Virus record (IMG/VR): IMGVR_UViG_3300049001_000044
Location: 279,230-343,229 of that record
Reading direction: 5' to 3' (one strand)
DNA: 64,000 bases
This document shows, in pieces, positions 56,679 through 64,000 of this stretch. Within the stretch, counting starts at the first letter, position 1, and each line of letters starts with the position of its first letter. A program made the position numbers and the translations under genes. The notes under the pieces are model-generated. The model saw nothing but the letters and a program-made list of their open reading frames with translations. It was not told where the DNA came from and ran no database searches.

Positions 56679-57077
56679 TTATGCTTTTGCAGCGCACAGA
56701 ATCTTTTCGACATCGATCTGCGTACGCAGTTCTTTCAGGAGGAACAGGAGCAGGAAGCTCAAGCCCAAGTTGATCAGGTCGATCGTACCGATTAGCCAGT
56801 GACCGGTGAAGACGAGGTAGATGGTGGTGAGGATCGAGACAGCGCGCGAGAACATCAGCATTAACTTTTTCGGTTCCTCGGGCATCGTCGCCTTCGACAG
56901 GTCTGCCTTTGCGATTGCAACGAAGACCACACTAACCAGCAGCACCTGCAGCAGAGTCATCCCTACGATGATGAATGCCGCAATGTTGTAGAAGCCTTCC
57001 ACGCCGGTCAGCTCCTTCGCAGCGAGCAGAGCAGGGACAAGGGCGACCAACAGCAGAGTTTTCAGGTTTTTCATCAT
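56679..57077 (-). CDS. Membrane protein
   Basis: 3-4 hydrophobic helices. Confidence 0.7.
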   Translation of the reverse strand: MMKNLKTLLLVALVPALLAAKELTGVEGFYNIAAFIIVGMTLLQVLLVSVVFVAIAKADLSKATMPEEPKKLMLMFSRAVSILTTIYLVFTGHWLIGTIDLINLGLSFLLLFLLKELRTQIDVEKILCAAKA

Positions 57078-57382
57078 TCATCTTCCTTTGGTAAGAGCGG
57101 TACAATGGTGTTCGAAGTCAGCCATGAGCGGTAACCACGATCGTTGTCGATGTAGGCGGTCACTTGAGCATCTTTTGGTTCGACCTTCGTGTAACGAAGA
57201 CAGCCAGTTGGGCGAGGAAACTTCTCACAACGGCATTGGTGTTGGAAGCAGAGGATATCCAGCTTCACTTCCACCAGCGTGTCGCGATCTGGTAATCGCT
57301 GGTGTTCAACTTTTGGATCGTCAGATCGAACGATCACTGCACGGAACTTCGTGTCCTCGTGCCACATTACTGGAAGAACCAT
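57074..57382 (-). CDS. Hypothetical protein
   Basis: About 100 aa; start uncertain. Confidence 0.55.
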   Translation of the reverse strand: MVLPVMWHEDTKFRAVIVRSDDPKVEHQRLPDRDTLVEVKLDILCFQHQCRCEKFPRPTGCLRYTKVEPKDAQVTAYIDNDRGYRSWLTSNTIVPLLPKEDE

Positions 57383-57648
57383 GCAAGGGACTCCTTAATG
57401 ATGGACAGGCTTACTTCTTGACAGATGATCCACTTTGCCCAGGCGAATGGCCATAAGAAGAAGTCGATGATTGCCCAGAATCCGCTGTGGTGGATATGGT
57501 AGCCGATTGTAGCAGTGATGATGGCGATAATGAAGTACAGAGGTTTCATCAGTTTTCTCCGGATAGTTGGAAAGAGAATTTCAAAAAGGATTTCTCGCCC
57601 ATGTTCACTGGCGCTGAGCTTGTAAATTCCAACGAGCAACTTGAACAT
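57367..57648 (-). CDS. Small membrane protein
   Basis: Hydrophobic; true start probably internal (MKPLYF). Confidence 0.5.
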   Translation of the reverse strand: MFKLLVGIYKLSASEHGREILFEILFPTIRRKLMKPLYFIIAIITATIGYHIHHSGFWAIIDFFLWPFAWAKWIICQEVSLSIIKESLAWFFQ

Positions 57649-57683
57649 CGTGAACCTTTCTTGAGGGCCGACGCCCTCATTAC

Positions 57684-57884
57684 TTACATCGTTGGGATTG
57701 GTGGTGCTTCGTACTTCACCACTGCTTGGGCAAAGCGACTACGTGGTCCACACATTGTGTTCTCAGTGTAGGCACTGATACCTCCTTGTGGTTGCCAACC
57801 AAGTCGAATCCAGCTAGCGACCATAACAATCAGCTCAGCCTTGTCTTCGCCGACAACCACAGAGTAGTCGATGATGTTAGGCAT
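57684..57884 (-). CDS. DUF1737-like small protein
   Basis: YSVV...GWQPQGGIS. Confidence 0.6.
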   Translation of the reverse strand: MPNIIDYSVVVGEDKAELIVMVASWIRLGWQPQGGISAYTENTMCGPRSRFAQAVVKYEAPPIPTM

Positions 57885-59286
57885 CGTACTTGAACTCCTT
57901 GAGTTCGCGCTTGTACATCTCCTTGGCGCTGTCTGCTTCGAGGGCTGCGAGCTTTCCTTTCACTGCCTCGATGTCTTTCTTCAGCTCTTCGATCTTGTCG
58001 CGAGTGAGGTTCCACATCGGCATTGCTAGGAGTCGGTCGTAGTCTTCGAACTTGTTCTTCAGCAATAGGGTGACCAGGTCGTCCTTGCGCTTGTTCTTGA
58101 ACTGCTCGACATTAGCGAGATAGAAGAGAATGAAACGCAACTTCTCGCTCAGCCAGCGAATTTCTTCCTTCGTGACTGCTATCAGCTTTTGGCGGCGATC
58201 TTCATAGCGAGCCAAACGCCATACCACGAATCGTTCGACGATATCTTCGGCAGTATCGAAGCGCTCCAAGATACCTTTCTCGTTCCAAAGGGTGAAGTTC
58301 TCCGTGTCGCGGCTGATCAGCTTGAACTTCTGATACAGAACGTCCATGTCCAGCTGCGTGGTAGTGCGAGGAGCAATGATTTTGAAGTCAAAGGATTCTT
58401 CGGTGGAAGTATCCTCGTACTCCTTGATGAAGCCGCTGTCTTCCAGCTTGTTGAGGAATTCCTTGTATTGGTCGAGGTAGACGCCCACTGGGAGTTCAGT
58501 GATTCGGATCGTCGTGCTGTTCTCCACCTGCAGCTTGCCAGTGATAACCACCTGGCCGGTGTCTTCAACACGATCGACCTCGCCGCTGAAACCTTTGAAC
58601 CACGGAATAAGCGAGTCCATCGGCAGCTTCTTGCCCATCACTACCTTGAGGCATGCATCGCGCACGTGCTCTGGGTGGTAGGACATAATAAGGTTGGCGT
58701 GACCAGTACCGGTACCTTGACTACCATTCACCAGCACCATCGGGAGCAGGGGAATGAAGTACTTGGGCTCGATCTTTTCACCATCAACGAGGATGTGCTC
58801 GAGGATTGAGTCGTCTTCCTTCTTGAAGAGCTTGCGGAAGTTCTCGCTGAACTTGGTGTTGATGTATCGACCAGCGGAAGCTTCCTTCGTCAAGCGCGAA
58901 CCAAACTGGCCGTTAGGCATCAGAATGTTCATGTTGTTGGTGCCAGGATAATTCACTGCCATACCAACGATCGTGCTCTCCAGGGAGCCGACGCCGTGGT
59001 GATAATCGGTCGCCGAAGCGATTTGAGCTGCAACTCGTTCGACTTGAATCTCAGCAGCATTCTCACCACGGAGTTGCATACCATAGATCGTCTTGCGATG
59101 AGCTGGCTTCAGACCATCGAAGAGGGTTGGGATCGAACGAACGTTGTCATAGAGCGAGAACTCCTTGAACGCGGTGTTGAAGAAGTTCGATGCCTTGATC
59201 GAGCGCAGCAACTGCTGACGTTCGCCCTTGCTATTCTTTTGCTGTCCAACCAGCGTTGGATCTTGCTTACTGTTTTTAAATGCCAT
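57877..59286 (-). CDS. Type II topoisomerase, GyrA/ParC-like subunit (gp52)
   Basis: DGLKPAHRK, YHHG, GQFGSR, ASAGRY catalytic Tyr. Confidence 0.95.
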   Translation of the reverse strand: MAFKNSKQDPTLVGQQKNSKGERQQLLRSIKASNFFNTAFKEFSLYDNVRSIPTLFDGLKPAHRKTIYGMQLRGENAAEIQVERVAAQIASATDYHHGVGSLESTIVGMAVNYPGTNNMNILMPNGQFGSRLTKEASAGRYINTKFSENFRKLFKKEDDSILEHILVDGEKIEPKYFIPLLPMVLVNGSQGTGTGHANLIMSYHPEHVRDACLKVVMGKKLPMDSLIPWFKGFSGEVDRVEDTGQVVITGKLQVENSTTIRITELPVGVYLDQYKEFLNKLEDSGFIKEYEDTSTEESFDFKIIAPRTTTQLDMDVLYQKFKLISRDTENFTLWNEKGILERFDTAEDIVERFVVWRLARYEDRRQKLIAVTKEEIRWLSEKLRFILFYLANVEQFKNKRKDDLVTLLLKNKFEDYDRLLAMPMWNLTRDKIEELKKDIEAVKGKLAALEADSAKEMYKRELKEFKYDA

Positions 59287-59315
59287 ATGATGGTCCTCGT
59301 TGACACAGATGAGTT

Positions 59316-59347
59316 ATTGTAATTTGTTCAGCTACTTACAAAAACTG
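59316..59347 (-). promoter_or_regulatory. Early-type promoter CAGTTTTT-N18-TACAAT
   Basis: Motif match with exact spacing. Confidence 0.65.
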
Positions 59348-59350
59348 TAA

Positions 59351-59551
59351 TCAGAGAGTTCTCAGCTTCGTCTCATTGATCAGGTCTTGTAGTGCGTCTA
59401 GATGACGAGGAGAAATTCCACTGGCGCCAACATGGGAAATCAGGTTGGTGTGGAACGTATTCATCAACTCCAACTGTTTTTCTGCTTGAGCCTTCGCCGC
59501 CTTCCTTCGCTGCTCGTACTCGTACTCATAACCGCTATCGTAGTGACCCAT
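59351..59551 (-). CDS. Small hypothetical protein
   Basis: 66 aa. Confidence 0.6.
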   Translation of the reverse strand: MGHYDSGYEYEYEQRRKAAKAQAEKQLELMNTFHTNLISHVGASGISPRHLDALQDLINETKLRTL

Positions 59552-60015
59552 TACTTGAACTCCGCGGTCACGTCTTGGAGTTGGATGTCGTTAGGAGTGT
59601 ACTCCACTTTGAACGACTCGCAAACTCGAGTGTAGAACTCGCCACTGCCAATCCCCAGATCATAGAGGAAGTCGTATGCACCGTCCATGTACTCAGGACG
59701 ACCATCTTCATCTTCAGGAATCTCATCCAGCAGCCATTCAGCATTTGCCTTCACCCACTCTTCGTGCTTTACCGCAACGCTGCGAATAGCGACGGCGAGG
59801 CGGTAGATTTCATCATCGCTGGGTTCGTACATGTTGCCGAAATCGCTCGGACCATTCCACGAGCTCCTATCGAATAGCTTCAGAATATCAGTAAGGAAGT
59901 AAACTTCTGCTTTCTCCAAACCTTCTTTAATTTCGGTGTTGTAGTTGTCTCCGTCATTTTCCCAAGTGGTGACGGTGAGACGATAACCAGCTTTGATGGT
60001 CGTGAATTTGGTCAT
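59551..60015 (-). CDS. Acidic hypothetical protein
   Basis: TWENDGDNY motif. Confidence 0.7.
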   Translation of the reverse strand: MTKFTTIKAGYRLTVTTWENDGDNYNTEIKEGLEKAEVYFLTDILKLFDRSSWNGPSDFGNMYEPSDDEIYRLAVAIRSVAVKHEEWVKANAEWLLDEIPEDEDGRPEYMDGAYDFLYDLGIGSGEFYTRVCESFKVEYTPNDIQLQDVTAEFK

Positions 60016-60695
60016 GCTTTTCCTTTTCGTTGTTTTTGGAATTCAGGGTGGATTTCAAACCCCATCTGTTGTAGAGTGGGAGTCAACTTCAGTTGCTTAT
60101 CGGCCTTGCGTTCATCTAAACCGATCGACACCTCAGTCGTTACACCTCGCTCTTTCTTCTTTTGCTCGGCCTTGTTGTTGTGGACTTCAGCGCCGTGCTT
60201 GTCCAACATCTCACTCATCTGATCCTCAAGCGCGCTTGCCTTGCCCTTGTAGCCGATGATGAGCGGTATCATGAGGATAGCAACGTGCTCATTGTCCAGG
60301 TATTTCTGGATGAGAACATTTCGCATCCACGCGCATCTGCCCGCCTCTAGACTCTTGGTGTCGCCCGCGTACTTCGTTAGCCTCTCGTTGAAAGGCATCA
60401 TGAAGCGATCCCAAATGTCGTCGAAGTTGTTTAGCGGTCTACGAACCTTGAACATCCTCTCAAGCCTAGTCTCCGTGATTTCGGCCGTGCCTACTTTCCA
60501 GAGACAGCTCTTGACGAGCTCACTATATTCTTTGTTTTGGACTTGTGCGCGGAGTTGCAGCTCACTTTCGAAGCACGTGACTGCGTATCCATTGAAGAGG
60601 CCCGGTACCATCGGGCCATATGAAGATTTCCAGAGCTGGTATGCTGCGGTGCGGTACAGGAGTTGGGTTCGGACTGGTGAAATGAGCTTAGCCAT
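60012..60695 (-). CDS. Hypothetical protein
   Basis: 227 aa. Confidence 0.7.
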   Translation of the reverse strand: MAKLISPVRTQLLYRTAAYQLWKSSYGPMVPGLFNGYAVTCFESELQLRAQVQNKEYSELVKSCLWKVGTAEITETRLERMFKVRRPLNNFDDIWDRFMMPFNERLTKYAGDTKSLEAGRCAWMRNVLIQKYLDNEHVAILMIPLIIGYKGKASALEDQMSEMLDKHGAEVHNNKAEQKKKERGVTTEVSIGLDERKADKQLKLTPTLQQMGFEIHPEFQKQRKGKA

Positions 60696-60796
60696 TTACA
60701 GGGAAGAGAAGGAAACTCGAGGTGGTCCTCGGGCTATGTTGGAGTGCATCAAGAGACATCGTATCATCCTAGCTTTCAAAAGAAATCTTTCTTCCG

Positions 60797-60868
60797 TTAT
60801 TTGCGGAGGGGACAGTCACGGCCTTGTCGGCAGTTCTGGTTGCAGCACTTGATGGGGATGGTGATCAT
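60797..60868 (-). CDS. Cys-rich micropeptide (23 aa, not in track)
   Basis: MITIPIKCCNQNCRQGRDCPLRK. Confidence 0.4.
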   Translation of the reverse strand: MITIPIKCCNQNCRQGRDCPLRK

Positions 60869-60897
60869 AAAGAGGAAGGGGCCGAAGCCCCTTGTGA

Positions 60898-62904
60898 TTA
60901 CTTGGCAGTAGCTAGCACGAAGTCTTCGAAGTTTGCAGCAGGAGTTTCCAGCCACACCTTACGATCGTCTGCTCGAGAAGAGCTAAATGCCAGATCGATT
61001 GCGTTGCGGTCTTCGTCGTCTTCCATGTCAATCCTAAACAGGTAGTTGTCCATGTTCGACAGGTAGTGCGTGAACTCCGCTGCGGTCGAAGTACCCAATC
61101 CCTTATAGTACTTGTGAGACCAGCCCTTCGTCGTCTTGCCTTCAGTGTGTTCCCATTCCCTGAACTCGCGCTCAGTGAAGAACTCCAGAGTAGGTTTGCC
61201 CTTGATCGTGACCTTCACCAGTGGGGTACGGAAGATGTTGATGACACCCATTGCGAAGAGCTCAGGCCAGAACTTCTCGAAGAGATTCATGAGCAGACCA
61301 CAGATGTGTGCACCGTCAACGTCAGCATCAGTAGAGAATGCGACGCGACCGAAGCGAAGCTGACTAATGTCAGTGACAGGAACACCAATCTCCAATCCCA
61401 TGATCGTCAAGATCTTTTGGATCGTGTTCGGTTCTTTCTTCTTGTCCTTGTCATCCTTGGCAGCAGTCTTACCTTTCTTCTTCATGCCGAGAATCTCGAG
61501 CACTTCCTTTTCCCTCACGTTCAGAGGTTTGCCTTTCAAAGGCATCGAGCCAATGTACGGAGACTTGCCACGACCGGCTTGAACCGCTTTCGCTGCCGAA
61601 TCACCCTCAGTCAAGAACAAGATGCACTTGCTACGATCTTTCTTTTCGATCGCATCACTGAACTTGTCAACACGACGAGGATCAGCCTTGCTCATGTCCT
61701 TGATTGCGCCGCGAGCCAACTTCGCATCTTCAGCTGCTTGCTTTGCAGCAGCCCAGTCCAAGATGTTTTGGATGATTGGTAGCTTGATGACCTTGTTGAT
61801 GAACTTATCGGAGACTTCATACGACGTCTTGTAGTCTTTTACTTCCGTGATGAGGTCATCCTTGGTCTGCGAGGAATATCTTGGATTGACGATGGTCGCA
61901 TCAATGAACAACGTCATGTGCTGACGCAGCTCGGAAGGCTTGACATCCACCTTGTGCTTCTTCTTGATGTGTTCGCGAATACGTTCCCAGATCTGCATAC
62001 CCACATACAGAATGTGAGTGCCACCAATCTTAGTGCGAGTGGTGTTTACAAAGGAAACGTGTTGGAAGCCATCTTCAGAAGGAGCAACACCCACTTTGAA
62101 ATGCTGACCTTCATCGTAAGCGTAGTTGTCTTCGCCTACGAACATCTCGATGTAGTCTTTAAAGCTACGGGTAGGAATACGATCGCCGTTGAAGTAGACC
62201 TTGAGGTGCGTGTTACATGCTGCGATCTCTACAACACGCGCGAACAACATGTCAAAGTTGTCTTGATCAAGCGCGAAGGTACCATCGTCCAGTTGCATAC
62301 CCAGCTTTTCATAATCTGGTATGTAGCTGATCTTGGTGTAACCCTTACTGCCTTCTGCTGGAGTTACCTTTGGAGGATTCCGAGTTTGAGAATTGTCTTC
62401 AAACACCATCTTGAACTTCTTCTTCGAATCGCAGGTCTCAACCACAAACCGCGTAGAGAAGATATTGGTAAGACCAGCACCTTCACCATTCTGACCCGTC
62501 AAAGTGGATTCGTCTTCGTCATCGAAGTTCGAACCGGCCCGCAGTTCAAAAATCATTTCCGGTACGTACTGATTCTGCTCCTTGTGGATTACGACAGGAA
62601 TTCCGCCGTTATCGTAGATCGAAATCTCTCCGTTCTTCGGATCGACTTCCACCTTGATAATATCCAGATGCTTACCTTCTTCTCGTTTCGAGTGGTCAAC
62701 CGAATTACTTACCACTTCATCGAAGAGTTTGAGGAAGCCGGGATTGTAAGTAACGTTCCGCTTCAACATCGTCTTGCTCGAGGGATTAGGCATCCACTCT
62801 TCGCCTTCATGCGGTTTGACCGAGCCAATGTATCGGCCAGGTCGAAGTAAGACGTGCTCAACCTCATTCAGCTTTCGAAATTTTTGTTCGATAGATTTAG
62901 TCAT
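60898..62904 (-). CDS. Type II topoisomerase, GyrB/ParE-like subunit (uninterrupted gp39+gp60 equivalent)
   Basis: DEVVSNSVD, GQNGEG, LTEGDSA, PLKGK, DADVDG, YYKGLG; likely start MTKSIE. Confidence 0.95.
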   Translation of the reverse strand: MTKSIEQKFRKLNEVEHVLLRPGRYIGSVKPHEGEEWMPNPSSKTMLKRNVTYNPGFLKLFDEVVSNSVDHSKREEGKHLDIIKVEVDPKNGEISIYDNGGIPVVIHKEQNQYVPEMIFELRAGSNFDDEDESTLTGQNGEGAGLTNIFSTRFVVETCDSKKKFKMVFEDNSQTRNPPKVTPAEGSKGYTKISYIPDYEKLGMQLDDGTFALDQDNFDMLFARVVEIAACNTHLKVYFNGDRIPTRSFKDYIEMFVGEDNYAYDEGQHFKVGVAPSEDGFQHVSFVNTTRTKIGGTHILYVGMQIWERIREHIKKKHKVDVKPSELRQHMTLFIDATIVNPRYSSQTKDDLITEVKDYKTSYEVSDKFINKVIKLPIIQNILDWAAAKQAAEDAKLARGAIKDMSKADPRRVDKFSDAIEKKDRSKCILFLTEGDSAAKAVQAGRGKSPYIGSMPLKGKPLNVREKEVLEILGMKKKGKTAAKDDKDKKKEPNTIQKILTIMGLEIGVPVTDISQLRFGRVAFSTDADVDGAHICGLLMNLFEKFWPELFAMGVINIFRTPLVKVTIKGKPTLEFFTEREFREWEHTEGKTTKGWSHKYYKGLGTSTAAEFTHYLSNMDNYLFRIDMEDDEDRNAIDLAFSSSRADDRKVWLETPAANFEDFVLATAK

Positions 62905-62930
62905 ATTGTGCTCCACAAAAGTATGAGTAT

Positions 62931-62962
62931 ATTTTATTAGCAACAACTCATAGAAAAAACTG
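62931..62962 (-). promoter_or_regulatory. Early-type promoter CAGTTTTT-N18-TAAAAT
   Basis: Motif match with exact spacing. Confidence 0.65.
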
Positions 62963-63068
62963 CGAGTTGAGTTCCTACTTATAGTAGCATTGTACTCCAT
63001 AGTCCTGCCAACAAAAACTCAACTCAGACAGCTAAATATGCGTAAGATCATCTTCTCCTCCAACAAAA

Positions 63069-64000
63069 ATGAAAACATTCAAACAATTCCTCTCCGAAGC
63101 CGAGAACGCAGGATACCACTACGGCGATCTTCAGTATGGTAGAGACACCGCCCTCGGGCGAATGAGTGGCAGGTCGACAGGCCATTTCGGTACCGGCGTC
63201 TACTTCCTCTCTCAACCAATGTCAAACACAGGTCGCGACGATCGCCCCGTCAAGAAAGTCGATCTTAGTAAGTACCACCTCGCCAAACCTCGAGGAAAAT
63301 CCGGCGCAAAACAACTTCACGACGCCCTCAAGAAAATCAACTCACTCTTACATAATGAAGACAAAGATGAAGAACCACGCCTGATTAGAAAAGCCGCTTT
63401 CGAACTATGGTTGGCCCTCATGCCTGCGAACGAAGATAAGATCATCGACATTATTAAGAAGAGCTTGGAAGTTGTGCGTGCTAAGTACGACGTCGTAAGC
63501 CATACCTCCGAATACGCAGAGAGTTGCTCCACTCTCGTAATGAAAGAATTAGGATATGATGGAGTTGACGTCAGAGGAATTGACGGCTTTGACAACACCG
63601 ATTATGGCACAGTCATCTATGCGAGAGAACTATCGCAAGACGATCTTACTGAAGCAAAATTCGACAAGAATGTAGATGTTGAAGAACACGGCGACGGCTA
63701 TTACACCTTCACTGTCAACGGTAAGTTCTACCTCTGCAGCTTCTCTCCTGAGGAAAACGTTAGCAAATACGGTCCAAACTTTAGCTTCGGTCTCTACGAC
63801 GAAAAAGCGGAAGGTAGCGATATCTCAGTCACTGGTACGGGTAATGAATATGAAGTCTTCTCTACTGTAGTTAAGATCCTTCGCGATTGGATGGAGTTAA
63901 AGAAAGCTGACTTCCATTTCACTGCAGCGAAAGACGAACCTTCCCGCGTAAAGTTGTACGATAGAATGGTAAAGCGGCTGAAGTTGGTTGATGGTTGGAA
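63069..64000 (+). CDS. Putative head-packaged protein (3'-truncated): ADP-ribosyltransferase-like domain plus second domain
   Basis: Leader MKTFKQFLSE|A; GYHYG...GHFGTGVYF...LGYDGV...YGTVIY; LTEA junction; GCTAAATA 63031-63038; open to window end. Confidence 0.7.
   Translation, partial: MKTFKQFLSEAENAGYHYGDLQYGRDTALGRMSGRSTGHFGTGVYFLSQPMSNTGRDDRPVKKVDLSKYHLAKPRGKSGAKQLHDALKKINSLLHNEDKDEEPRLIRKAAFELWLALMPANEDKIIDIIKKSLEVVRAKYDVVSHTSEYAESCSTLVMKELGYDGVDVRGIDGFDNTDYGTVIYARELSQDDLTEAKFDKNVDVEEHGDGYYTFTVNGKFYLCSFSPEENVSKYGPNFSFGLYDEKAEGSDISVTGTGNEYEVFSTVVKILRDWMELKKADFHFTAAKDEPSRVKLYDRMVKRLKLVDGW

Noticed and set aside
60898-62904. T4 gene 60-like translational bypass or split large topoisomerase subunit
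   Set aside because: The ATPase and TOPRIM regions are in one continuous frame.
60898-63000. Extended ORF-track starts (63000, 22601, 24348, 11696, 14268, 30809, 50252)
   Set aside because: Upstream extensions cross promoters or overlap neighbouring genes; internal starts with RBS were chosen instead.
400-63870. Many long plus-strand ORFs antisense to real genes (e.g. 12875-13780, 26779-27822, 61918-62850)
   Set aside because: Shadow frames produced by codon bias of the minus-strand genes; no RBS, promoter context or recognisable motifs.
1-64000. Stop-codon reassignment (alternative genetic code)
   Set aside because: Core genes are full length in the standard code and TAA, TAG and TGA all terminate tightly packed genes.

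Overview
A 64-kb segment of a large lytic dsDNA phage with T4-superfamily gene content and jumbo-phage-like organisation. Most genes lie on the minus strand. It contains the replication core (gp41-type helicase, primase, RNase H-like flap nuclease, sliding clamp, family B DNA polymerase, DsbA-like protein, both type II topoisomerase subunits, ThyA, kinase, DEDDh exonuclease), chaperones (GroES, DnaJ), two RNA ligases plus YqeY- and Pth2-like proteins, a macrodomain, a SLOG protein and PhoH. It also has tail/virion structural genes, including an inverted cassette of three paralogs, a late glycan-modification cluster with a carbamoyltransferase, and an inverted GH12 glycoside-hydrolase lipoprotein gene with its own early-type promoter. 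Two large ORFs missing from the supplied track run off the window ends: 1-3557 (-), a ligase-domain polyprotein of >1185 aa, and 63069-64000 (+), an ADP-ribosyltransferase-like protein. The strongest unexplained signals are (i) five dispersed, ungapped-collinear ~85-95 bp intergenic elements with fixed-spacing motifs and palindromic cores, and (ii) a set of late-promoter genes carrying T4-like capsid-targeting/protease-cleavage leaders fused to enzymatic domains. No tRNA, rRNA, CRISPR array, integrase, transposase or reverse transcriptase was seen. All family assignments come from motif recognition, not database searches.
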